DNA from: an uncultured Chloroflexia bacterium
GTDB lineage: Bacteria > Chloroflexota > Limnocylindria > QHBO01
NCBI GenBank assembly: GCA_963753125.1
Contig: CAVWAU010000003.1
Span: forward strand, 12,128-76,127
Reading direction: 5' to 3'
DNA: 64,000 bases
Shown here: positions 43,292 to 54,166 of the stretch, one piece after another
Position numbering within the stretch: position 1 is the first letter of the stretch
How the letters are laid out: each line of letters starts with the position of its first letter
The notes under the pieces: model-generated
What the model saw: only the letters and a program-made list of their open reading frames with translations
Told to the model about the DNA's origin: nothing
Database searches by the model: none
Position numbers and translations under genes: made by a program

Positions 43292-44471
43292 TGGCCGACT
43301 CACCACAGCAAGGAAACCAGTTCACCATGACCAACGACCAGACCCGGCCATTTCGCGAGGTGACTGCCGCCGAGGCGGTCGCCCTGGCGCGCGAGGGCTA
43401 CCGCGTCATCGACGTGCGCGAGCAGAGCGAGTGGGACTCGGGCCACGTCGCGGGCGCGACGCTCCTGCCGCTCGGCGACGTGCCGCACGCGCATCGCCGA
43501 GGTCGCGCCCGACAAGGATTCGCCGCTGCTGCTGCACTGCGCGGTCGGCGGCCGTTCCGCGCGCGCCGCCGGGCGGCTGACCGAGATGGGCTACACGAAC
43601 GTGGTCAGCATGAAGGCGCCGATCGGCCAGTGGAAGGAGCAGGGCGGTGAATGGGAGGAGCCCCGACAGCTCCTGACGCCGTCGCAGCAGCGCCGCTACT
43701 CGCGCCAGACGCTGATTCCGGAGGTCGGCCAGGAGGGCCAGCGCAAGCTGCTCGACGCGAAGGTCCTGCTGATCGGCGCCGGCGCCCTCGGCTCGCCCTC
43801 CGCGCTCTACCTGTCGGCGTCGGGGGTCGGCACCATCGGCTTCGTCGACGACGACCTGGTCGAGGAGTCCAACCTCCAGCGCCAGGTGCTCCACGGCGCC
43901 GAGCGGATCGGGATGCTCAAGGTCGACTCGGGTGAGCTCACGATCCGCGGGCTCAACCCCGAGACGATCGTGGTCAAGCACGCCGAGCGGCTCGACGCCG
44001 AGCAACGTGGAGCGGCTCATCGCCGGCTACGACGTCATCGTCGACGGGACGGACAACTTCGACACCCGCTACGTCCTCAACGACGCGGCCGTGCAAGCTG
44101 CGCAAGCCGGTCGTCCATGGGTCGATCTACCGCTGGGATGGGCAGATCACCACCTTCGTGCCGTTCGAGGGCCCGTGCTATCGCTGCATGTACCCGACCC
44201 AGCCCCCGGACGAGCTGGCTCCGGCCTGCAGCGTCGCCGGCGTGCTCGGCGTCCTGCCGGGCGATCATCGGCATGCTGCAGGCCAACGAGGTCTTCAAGC
44301 TCATGCTCGGCGTGGGCGAGACGCTCTCGGGGCGGCTGCTGATGTTCGACGCCATGGGCTCCGACCTTCGACGAGGTCCGGATCTGGCGCGACCCGGCCT
44401 GCCCCGCCTGCGGCGAGGGCTCGCCGTACGCCTCGGTCAGCCGCGAGCCGGCGACCGCGGCGGCGCCAGCG

Positions 44472-44475
<4 letters not shown>
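43291..44475 (+). CDS. rhodanese (N-terminal) fused to MoeB/ThiF-type adenylyltransferase, frameshifted as sequenced
   Basis: ATG 43291 overlaps the sufU stop (an alternative is ATG 43327). Rhodanese: VIDVREQSEWDSGHVAGA...LLLHCAVGGRSARAA. This runs on without a stop into RYSRQTLIPEVGQEGQRKLLDAKVLLIGAGALGSPSALYL, DDDLVEESNLQRQVLH, CYRCMYP, ACPACG. About 7 frame switches. The 3' end is assumed at the TGA 44473-44475 that overlaps the cysO ATG. Confidence 0.75.
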
Positions 44476-45702
<1,227 letters not shown>

Positions 45703-45732
45703 CCGACGGCGTCGCTGACGATTCCCGCCGCG

Positions 45733-46128
45733 GTGGCCGAGCAGCTGCTCGCGCACGCACGCGTCGGAGCTGCCGAACGAGGCCTGCGGCCTGCTCGCCG
45801 GCGACCTCGCGCGGGCCAGCGCCACGGCCTTCCATCCGGCGCGCAACGCCGAAGCCAGCCCGCTGCGCTACAACGTCCATCCCGACGACCTGGTGCGCAT
45901 CGTCTTCGGGATCGAGGACGCCGGGCGAGGACCTGGTCGGCCATCTTCCACTCGCACACCCGCACGCCGGCCGTTCCCTCGGCCACCGATCGGCGCACGG
46001 CGCAGTACCCGGACGCCTTCTACGTGCTCGCCACGCTGGCCGATCCCGACGCCGGCCCGGCCGACGCGCTGCGCGCGTGGCGCATCCGTCGACGGCGAGA
46101 GCGCGAGGTGCCGCTGCGGATCGGCTGA
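45733..46128 (+). CDS. mec: JAMM/MPN+ metalloprotease (Mec-like), frameshifted as sequenced
   Basis: EACGLLAG (after a shift near 45765) and the JAMM motif HSHTRTPAVPSATD. About 3 frame switches. The true start may lie up to ~30 nt upstream (LTIPAAV). Confidence 0.75.
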   Translation: MAEQLLAHARVGAAERGLRPARRRPRAGQRHGLPSGAQRRSQPAALQRPSRRPGAHRLRDRGRRARTWSAIFHSHTRTPAVPSATDRRTAQYPDAFYVLATLADPDAGPADALRAWRIRRRREREVPLRIG

Positions 46129-46131
46129 CCG

Positions 46132-46824
46132 TCAGCAGGCTCGACGGAGCTCGCTCCGCGACGATCGCCGGCGCGACGGCATCGAGCGTGACGTCCACGC
46201 CGCACGAGCCCTCCTCGCCACCGGAGCGGTAGCTGAGCGACGAACTGCCCGTCGTCGGGCGGCGGCAGCCACGTGACGCTGGTCAGCGACAGGCCGTCGA
46301 GGATGCGCCCGGGCCGTCAGCACGAGCGCGCGAGCTCGTCCAGGCGGCCGACCAGCTCGGTCGGTAGCGACGCGCAGTCCGCCTCGGCGGCCGCACCGTC
46401 CCGGTCGCCGGCGCGACCTCGAAGACCCAGAGGTCGTCCCCTGAGGCGCCGCCGCCGGCGCCGGCGAGCTCGAGCGTGCAGTGCTCGCGGCCCGCACGAG
46501 CCACTCGCCGCGACGTCGTCCACGGCCTGCCGTCGAAGGTCCAGATGGCCTCGGCCAGCGGCGGTCGCGATCGCATCGGTCTCGAGCTGGTCCGGGACGC
46601 CGCCCGGTCGCCGCGAGTCGCGCATGGCGGTCAGCAGCGTCGCGGCGTCGAAGGGCCGCCCGGGCTCGGGCAGCGCGACCCCCGCGGCTCGGCGCGGCGC
46701 TCGACGGCGGCCTGGCGTGCGGCGTGCACGGTCGGTCGGGCGGCGGCGACGCGGGCGACTCGCTGGCGAGGCCGGCGAGCAAGACGGCCAGCGTCGACCA
46801 AGCGGCGACGCCGCGCCGGCTCAT
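46132..46824 (-). CDS. hypothetical secreted/lipoprotein-like protein, heavily frameshifted; weak call
   Basis: ATG 46824 overlaps the upstream stop. It has a signal-like MSRRGVAAWSTLAVLLAGLASES and protein-like pieces AEAIWTFDGRPWTT and HCTLELAGAGGGASGDDLWVFEV. The path through the frames is not resolved. Confidence 0.35.
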   Translation of the reverse strand: MSRRGVAAWSTLAVLLAGLASESPASPPPDRPCTPHARPPSSAAPSRGGRAARARAALRRRDAADRHARLAATGRRPGPARDRCDRDRRWPRPSGPSTAGRGRRRGEWLVRAASTARSSSPAPAAAPQGTTSGSSRSRRRPGRCGRRGGLRVATDRAGRPPGRARALVLTARAHPRRPVADQRHVAAAARRRAVRRSATAPVARRARAAWTSRSMPSRRRSSRSELRRAC

Positions 46825-49800
46825 GGCTTACCGAGCAGCGCGTTGATCTGACTGACGACCGCGTTGCCGATGACGGCCGTGCCGCCGATCAGGTAGCAGC
46901 GCGGCGGCAAGAGGCGTATCAGCTCGTCGCGTCACCACGGTCGGGACCGTGGAAGGCCTGACCAGCAGGAGCGGGGCGCCGGCGCGGCCGGCAGCCGGGA
47001 CGGCGGCGAGGGCATCGGGGAAGTTGATGCCCGGTGGCAGGATAGACGGCGGCGGGCGGCTGAAGAACGTCGTCGACACTGCCGCCGCGGTCGCGAACCG
47101 ATCCGTCCCGGCCAACCGCGTCGACCGGCTGTGACGCTGTATGCCTGGAGCGCCTGCCGACGCCCTCGCTCACGACGCCACACCGCCGACGACGTAGATC
47201 CGTTGCGGCTGCAGGCGCGTCAGCTCGTCGCGCACCGCCTGCGGCAGCGCGCCACGGTCGGTCAGCAGCACCGGGCCGCGGTTGCGGATCGCGGCCGGTC
47301 CGGCTGCCAGCGCGTCGGGGAAGCTCGCGCCGGTCGCGACGAATGCGGCCGGCGACGCCAGGACGGGAAGACGGCGCGGCTGACCGCGGCGGCCGTCGCG
47401 TAGCGATCCGCGCCCGCGATGCGCGTGACGCTGCCGGTCGTGTATGCGTCGAGCGCGGTGGCGACGAGTCTCGACACGGCGCTCGGCCCGCCGACCACCA
47501 CGATGCGCTGGGGCCGGAGCCGCGTCAGCTCGTCGCGGATCGCCTGCGGCAGCTCGGCGGCTCGGTGAGCAGGACCGGCCCGCCCTGGATGCCGGCGGCC
47601 GGCCCGCGGCCAGCGCGTCCGGGAAGTTCGCGCCGGTCGCGACGTAGGCGACCGGCACGTTCGGCGCAAACGTCGCGCGGCTCACCGCGGCCGCGGTCGC
47701 GTAGCGATCTGCTGCCGGCGATGCGCGCCGGGGTCCCGAGGTTCCACTTGGCCCAGGCCAGGCCGTAGCGCTCGCGAGGTGGCCTCGAACCGAGCCTGCC
47801 GGATCTCGATCCGCAGCGGTGCCGGTGCGGCCGGCCGTGAACTCGACCCACTCGTAGTTGTTGTCGAACGTGAACGAGCCGACGACCGCTCCGTCGGGCT
47901 GGACGACGCGCAGGTCGAGATCGGCCGTCAGGCGATCGGTCCGCTTCGCGATGCTCGTCCCCGACGTGCGGCTGTTCCAGGCCAGCGACGACCTTCACCG
48001 TCTGGCCGGCCACGACCGCGATGTCCTGGACGACCGTCTGGCCGGGCGTCATCGCTCCCCATCCGGTGGCCGCCGATCGCGCTGTCGCCCGCGGTCGAGC
48101 AGCCGGTTCGCCCACAGCGCCGACGCGGTGCCCGTCCCCTCGTGGTCGGCGTTCTTCGAGCCGTCCGGCATCGGGGTGCGATGGATGGCGCCGGCCATGA
48201 TCATCGCCCGCGTCGCCTCGGGCCGCAGCGCCAGCGCCGGGCAGGCGCGCGATGACCTGGGCCGCGATGCCGGCCACGATCGGGCTGGCGACGCTCGTCC
48301 CGCTGGCGCCGAGCCCGTTCGCCGTGATCGACCGACGCCGCCGGCGCCGAGACGTTCGGCTTGTTGAAGTCGCCGTGCGCGTTCCAGGCCGTGCCGGTCC
48401 GGTCGCGGTAGTTGCTGCCGTTCGATCCGGGGGCGTACCAGATCCGGTCGTCGCTGCGGCCGGCCGGTTCCGCGGTCGTCGATCGCCGCCGACGGTCAGC
48501 ACGTTGTAGGCGGTGCCCGGCGAGACGATGTCCCAGTGGCCGAACGTCGTGAAGTTGCCGGCCGCGGCGACGGCCAGGCGGCCGTCCTCGTTGACCGATC
48601 GCGTCGAAGTAGCGCCGCGCCTCCTCCGAGCCGGTGGCCGTGTCCTGGCCGATGCTGGCGTTGACGACGTCGGCGTCGCCGCCGGCGGCGCTGGCGGCCC
48701 AGTCGGCCGCGGCGATGATCGGCGCGATCCGCGCGCCAGCGAGGCGCGGCCGCCGCCGGTCGACGAGCTGACGATGACGCGCTCCGGGCGCGACGCCGGG
48801 TACGTGCCCCGGCCGGCGATGGCGCCGGCGACCCAGGTCGGGTGGTCCAGGCCGCCGGCGGTGAAGGCCAGCGACGCCGCTCGTGCTGTGGCGAGGCGAC
48901 CACTCGCCCGGCCAGGTCGCCGGTGTTGCGGACGTTGTGGTACTCGACGACCGCCACCCGCGACGCCGGCGCCCTGATCCTCGCTGCCGCTTGTCCAATT
49001 CGGCCTGCACGGCCGGTCCCGCGCTCGACATCGTCGTCGCCCAGGTCCGCTCCAGCCCGAGGCTCGACACGCCCGGCAGCGCGGCCAGCGTCATCGACGC
49101 GATCCGCCGGGAGATCGACGTAGACCAGCGGAGCGTCGTCGAGGTGTAGCCGACGCTGCCGCCGAGCGCCTCGGCATCGGCCCGAAGCTGCTCGAGCGCC
49201 GGCGGCGCGTGCCTCGGCGCGGGCCTGCGGCAAGCTCGGCGCGAATGGCCCGCGCCGTCGCCAGGTCGTCGACGAGCGGGCGGCCGCCGTCCCAGACGAG
49301 CTCGGGGTGGCGATCGATCGACCGCCTGCTCGGCCGCGGTCGATGTCGACCTCGAGCCACACGCCGACTGGAGACCGGCATGCACCGTCGCCGGCTGCCG
49401 TCTGTCGCGCGACCGCGCCGAGCAGCTCGGCGTCGCCCTTGCGCTCGCAGCGGCGAGAGCGCCGGCCGCCGCCGCGCTCGACGCGCTCGGTGCATGGAGC
49501 TGTCGCCGCCGGCACGGCGCCGGCCGCCGCATCGCGGTAGACCGCGTGGATCTCGCCCGGTCCGGTGGTCGACGAGCTTCGCCGCCCACATGGTGGCCGG
49601 CGCTGTGCTCGACGTCGGCGGTGCGCTCGTAGAGCGAGCTCGAAGTCGTCGGGTCGCCGCCGAGGGTCTCGGCGAGGTGCTGCTCGACGCCGCGACGCCA
49701 GCCGGGCTCAGCGGCCGCGTCGCGCGCGGGGACGCGATGGCGCCCGAGCCACCAGGACCACGGCGAGGGCCAGCGGCTGACGCTCGCGACGCGGACTCAT
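46821..49800 (-). CDS. secreted S8 serine peptidase with three C-terminal cell-wall-binding (CWB2-type) repeats, heavily frameshifted as sequenced
   Basis: ATG 49800 gives MSPRRERQPLALAVVLVA. A propeptide-like LEQLRADAEALGGSVGYTSTTL, then RVAVVEYHNV, IAPIIAAADWAASAAGGDADVVNASIG, AAGNFTTFGHWDIVSPGTAYNVLTVGG, and the catalytic Ser in GASGTSVASPIVAGIAAQVIA. Then three repeats of ADRYATAAAVS...VAYVATGANFPDALAAGPAA...GPVLLT, ending NALLGKP with TGA at 46821-46823. On the order of 25 frame switches. Confidence 0.7.
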
Positions 49801-49960
49801 GCGGCGACGGTCCGGCGTCGCGTTCGACGTGCACGGCCAGCCTTGCGCATCGCGTCTCCACGGTCGTATGACGGCGTATGACAGTGTCGCACGCTCGACC
49901 GGCGCCAGCGTCGCCGCGCGTGTGCGACCCGCAATGGGCTCATCGGTGTAGGCTTCGAGC

Positions 49961-51104
49961 ATGACCACCGCCGCGCCACCGTGTCGCGATTCGCCGCTCC
50001 GTCCACCGCGACCGCATCACGCGTGCCGCCGCCGAGGCCGCCGAGCGGGGCGTCGACGCGCTGCTGATCACGCCGTCCCCCGACTACGCCTACCTGCTCG
50101 GCTATCAGGCCCCGGCGCTCGAGCGGCTGACCTGCCTCATCGTTCCGGCCGACGGCGAGCCGGCGCTGCTGCTGCCTCGCCTCGAGGAGCCGCTTGCCCG
50201 CCATCAGCTCGGCGAGCTGGCCGACGAGATGACCATCGTGCCGTGGGACGAGACCGACGACCCGATCCGGCTGGTGCAGGCGATCGTCGCCGGGTCGCTG
50301 CGGGTTGCGCGTGCAGGACCAGATGTGGGCGCGCTTCGCGCTGCGCCTGCGGGCGGCGCTCGACCCGACGCGAGCTGGTCGAGGCCGGTCCCGACGATGA
50401 GCGCGCTGCGGCGGGTCAAGAATCCCGAGGAGGTCGAACGGCTGCGGGCGGCCGCCGTCGCCGCCGACGCCGCCATGGGAGCGGTCGCTGGGTGAGCGGC
50501 TCGTCCGGCCGGACGGAGGCCGAGGTCAGCCGCCACATCCGCGAGCTCCTGATCGAGGCCGGCCACGACGACGGCCGGCTTCGCGATCGTCGCGTCCGGG
50601 CCGAACTCGGCGAGCCCGCATCACGAGGCCGGCGATCGGGTGATCGAGCGCGGGCGACGCGATCGTGCTCGACATCGGCGGCAGCGCTCGGCGGCTACTG
50701 CTCGCGACACGTCCCGCACCGCGTTCGTCGGCGAGCCGGAGCCCGGAGTTCGCGGCGCTGCATGCCGTCCTTCGCGAGGCGCAAGCCGCCGCCTGCGAGG
50801 CGGTCCAGCCGGGCGTGCCGTGCAGCGAGATCGACGCCGTGGCGCGCGAATCATCGACGAGGCGGGCTACGGGGAGGCGTTCATCCATCGAACCGGCCAC
50901 GGCATCGGCATGGAGACGCACGAGGAGCCCTACATCGTCGCCTCGAACCCGGAGCCGCTCCAGGAAGGGCACGCCTTCAGCGTCGAGCCCGGGATCTACC
51001 TCAGGGACCGATGGGGTGCGCGGATCGAGGACATCGTGGTCTGCACCGATGCGGGCGGCGAGCGCCTCAACACGACCTCGACCGAGCTCTACGTCGTCGA
51101 CTGA
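49961..51104 (+). CDS. M24-family Xaa-Pro peptidase, frameshifted as sequenced
   Basis: N-terminal creatinase-like domain (GVDALLITPSPDYAYLLGY, LIVPADGEPALLLPRLE) and pita-bread domain (RRVKNPEEVERLRAAA, GDAIVLDIGG, clean C-terminus HRTGHGIGMETHEEPYIV...GHAFSVEPGIY...GARIEDIVV). About 8 frame switches in the first two thirds. Confidence 0.8.
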
Positions 51105-51119
51105 GCCGCTCAGCGGCTC
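51103..51119. terminator. palindromic hairpin between convergent genes
   Basis: GAGCCGCTCAGCGGCTC: GAGCCG and CGGCTC pair around CTCAG. It spans both stop codons (TGA 51102-51104 on plus, TCA 51110-51112 on minus). There is no U tract. Confidence 0.35.
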
Positions 51120-51821
51120 GGCACCCTCGCGGTGCGAGCTGACGAGGGCGACCAGTACCTGGTCGATCGCCGCGTTGGCCTCGTGGAATGCCGCCGTGAC
51201 GTCGGCGACGTCGGCGGATCGGCGGCGCAGGTGGCCGACGATCGCGTCGAGGACCGGCGAGCGGAAGAAGAGGAACGCCTCGACCGTCTCGGCCAGGATG
51301 AGGCCGGCGCGCGGACGCCTCGCCGCCGTAGAGGCCGCCCATCTTCTCTGCCTCCTCGAGCAGGAGCTGGCGCTCGGCCTTCTTCGTACGCGGCCACGTA
51401 CTCGATCACCAGCTGGAAGGTGCGCTGGCCCCAGCGGCGGAACTCGTCGCGCTGCTCAGCCGAGAGGCGCGCCTGCCACGGCTGGCCGGAGTAGCCCGTG
51501 CGCTGCCATGCGCCGATGCAGCTCCCCGGCCATCGTCTGGGTCGAGTCGGACAGGCGCTCCATGCCGTATCGGTGCCGCCGCGGCGCGTTGATCATGGCC
51601 TCGAGGCTCGAGCGCAGGAAGCGTCGATGGCCGCCCGGGCGTCTGGTAGCTCTGCACCTTGCCCGTGTCGGCCCAGCGGCGCAGCGTGTCCGGTCCGACC
51701 CCGACCAGGCGCGAGGCGGCGCCGAGCGGCAGCCAGGGATCGTCGGCGTCGTTGGGCGGCGTCTGGCGGGCCTCGGCGAGGCAGCCGTCACTCGCCGCCG
51801 CGAAGGTCGGACGCCGCTCAT
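51110..51821 (-). CDS. MerR/excisionase-type HTH transcriptional regulator, frameshifted as sequenced
   Basis: HTH: WLPLGAASRLVGVGPDTLRRWADTGKVQSYQTPGGHRRF. Then MERLSDSTQTMAGELHRRMAAHG, FQLVIEYVAAYEEG, LLLEEAEKMGGLYGGEA, FLFFRSPVLDAIVGHL. At least 4 frame switches. Both ends are approximate. Confidence 0.6.
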
Positions 51822-51826
51822 CGCGC

Positions 51827-53224
51827 TCAGCTCGCCCCACAGGTGGACGAGCGAGACCATGCCGTCGCGAATGTTGCGCAGGCTCATCCACTCGTTCGGC
51901 GCGTGGAAGTTGCCGGTCGGGTTGGCGAAGCCGACCATCAGCGTCTTCAGGCCGAGGTGCGCGTCGAGCGCGGCGACGACCGGCACCGAGCCGCCGGAGC
52001 GTTGGAAGAGCGGCGGCCTTGCCGAACCCGGCCTCGAGGGCGCGTGACGCCGGCTCGATGCCCGGGGTGGTCGAGCGGCGTGATGGCCGGCGCGCCGCCG
52101 TGGATGACCTTGACCTCGACCCGCAGGTCGGCGGTGCCATCGACTCGAGGTGCTCGCTTCACGGAGGCCTCGATCTCGCGGTAGTCCTGGTCGGGCACCA
52201 GGCGGGTGCTGATCTTGGCGGCGGCCCAGGCGGGGATGATCGTCTTGGCGCCCTCGCCGGTGTAGCCGCCCCAGATCCCGTTGACGTCGAAGGTCGGTCG
52301 CGCAGAGAGGCGCTCGAGCAGCGTATGGCCGCGCTCGCCGTCCATCGGCGCCGGGACGCCGGTCTCGTCGCGCCACGCGCCTTCGTCGAAGGGCAGGGCG
52401 GCGTACGCCGCGTGCTCCTCATCGGTCAGGTCGCGCACCTGGTCGTAGAAGCCGGGCACGGTGAAGCGGCCGTCGGCATCGGTCAGGGAGGCGAGCATCC
52501 GCACGAGCACGTTGGCCGGGTTGTCGACTCCGCCGCCGTACTGGCCGGAGTGCACGTCGTGGCGCGGGCCGTGGACGCGGACCTCCCAGTAGGCGATCCC
52601 GCGCAGGCCGTAGCCGATGGCGGGCGTGCCGTCATCGTCGAAGGTGTCGCCGTCGCTGACCACGCACACATCGGCACGCAGCAGGTCGGCATGCTCGTGC
52701 GATGAACGCTCGACGGGCTCGGAGCCGACCTCCTCGTCGCCCTCGAAGAAGAAGCGAAGGTTGACGGGCAGCCGACCGGCGGTGCGCATCCACGCCTCGA
52801 CTGCCTTGAGATGCATGAAGAGCTGTCCCTTGTCGTCGCCGGCGCCGCGGGCGTAGACGCGATCGTCCTCGTGGCGCGGCTCGAACGGCGGTCGGACCCA
52901 CTCGTCGAGCGGGTCCGGCGGCTGGACGTCGTAGTGGCAGTAGACGAGCACGGTGGGCGCTTCCGCGCCCGCGTTCATCCACTCGGCCGTCACGATCGGG
53001 TGGTGCGTCGTCTCGTGGATCGTCGCCCGCTCGACGCCGATTCGCGTCAGCTCATCCGCGATCCACTGCGCGGTTCGGCGCACCTCGTCGGCGCGTGCCG
53101 GGATCGGCCGAGACGCTCTCGATGCGCAGGAACTCGTCCAGCTGCGCGAAATGCTCGGTCTCGTGCTCGCGGAGGTGGGCGACGGCGGCATCGGTGTCGG
53201 CGTGATGTCGGTCTGGCTCGTCAT
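51827..53224 (-). CDS. M20-family metallopeptidase (dipeptidase/deacylase type), frameshifted as sequenced
   Basis: VLVYCHYDVQPPDPLDEW, RVYARGAGDDKGQLFMHL, FFFEGDEEVGS, and a dimerisation-domain middle. The C-terminus FQRSGGSVPVVAAL...GFANPTGNFHAPNEWMSL is in the ORF 51456 frame. There are two N-terminal shifts and one near 52050. The stop position is approximate. Confidence 0.8.
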
Positions 53225-53289
53225 GGACGGATGATAGGGCCATGAGCCCGATGCAACCCAAGGGAACGCCGGCGCGTCTCAGCGGGCAC

Positions 53290-53863
53290 ATGAAGCTGCT
53301 CCTCGCCGCCCTCTTCGCGATCGGCATTGCCAGCGTGCCGCTGGAGCAGGTTGCCGCCTGCAGCTGCGCGCAGTCGACGCCCGAGCAGGCCGCGGAGTTC
53401 GCCGATGCCGTCTTCGCCGGAACGGTGATCAACTCGCAGCCCATCGGCGCCGACACCGGCCCGGTGGGTGCCATGGCGGCGACCGTCCCCGCGCCGGCGC
53501 TCCCTGGCCAGACGATCTACACGTTCGAGGTCGACGGCGTTGCCAAGGGCCCGATCGGTGCCAGGTCGACGTCCTGGCGGAGGCGACGGCGCGTCGTGCG
53601 GCATGAGCTTCGGCCTGAACGAGCGCTGGCTCGTCTTCACGACCTGGGACGGTGCGATGCACAGCACCGGGCTCTGCTCGGGCAATCTCACCCTCGAGAA
53701 GGGGGCAGAGGCGCCATTCCCGCTGACGGCGCCCACGGCGAGAAGCCCCGAGCCGGAAGGGTCTGGCATTCCGAACGTGATCCTCGGCCTCATCGGCATC
53801 GTCGGCGTCGTTGCGGCCGTCTCATGGCTGGCCTTCCGTCGCGGGTCGACGGGCTCGGCCTAG
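53290..53863 (+). CDS. secreted, C-terminally anchored protein with N-TIMP/NTR-like domain, frameshifted as sequenced
   Basis: Signal peptide MKLLLAALFAIGIASVPLEQVAA, then CSCAQSTPEQAAEFADAVFAGTVI. One shift near 53560 leads to GASCGMSFGLNERWLVFTTWDGAMHSTGLCSGNL, then a C-terminal TM (VILGLIGIVGVVAAVSWLAF). Compare human TIMP-2: [24 protein letters not shown] and ...CGVSLDV...YLIAGK..DGKMHITLC. Confidence 0.5.
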
Positions 53864-54132
53864 CTGAACGCGCCGGAGAGGAACGCGCCGAAGAGCGCCA
53901 GCGCCGCCGCGGGCACGACGCTGGCGAGCCGCATGACGGTCGGCCAGCCCGGTCCGCCCGCAAGGGCATAGGCTGGGATCGAGATCGGGAAGATGAGCAC
54001 GGCGGCCGACCACCCGATGCGGGCTCCTCTCCCAAGGTCGGGACGCTCCTGCACGTCGAGCCAGTACGCGGCGATCATGAGAAAGGCGCCGACGGTGAGC
54101 ACGACGAAGGTTGCCCAGATGACGGGGAGCAT
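53860..54132 (-). CDS. small membrane protein (PLDc_N-like motif, tentative)
   Basis: Intact 90-aa ORF with three hydrophobic helices and a YWLDVQERPDLGRGARIGW loop. Confidence 0.55.
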   Translation of the reverse strand: MLPVIWATFVVLTVGAFLMIAAYWLDVQERPDLGRGARIGWSAAVLIFPISIPAYALAGGPGWPTVMRLASVVPAAALALFGAFLSGAFS

Positions 54133-54166
54133 GCAGGGCCGATCCTAGCGCGACGGGTGTGCGGCT

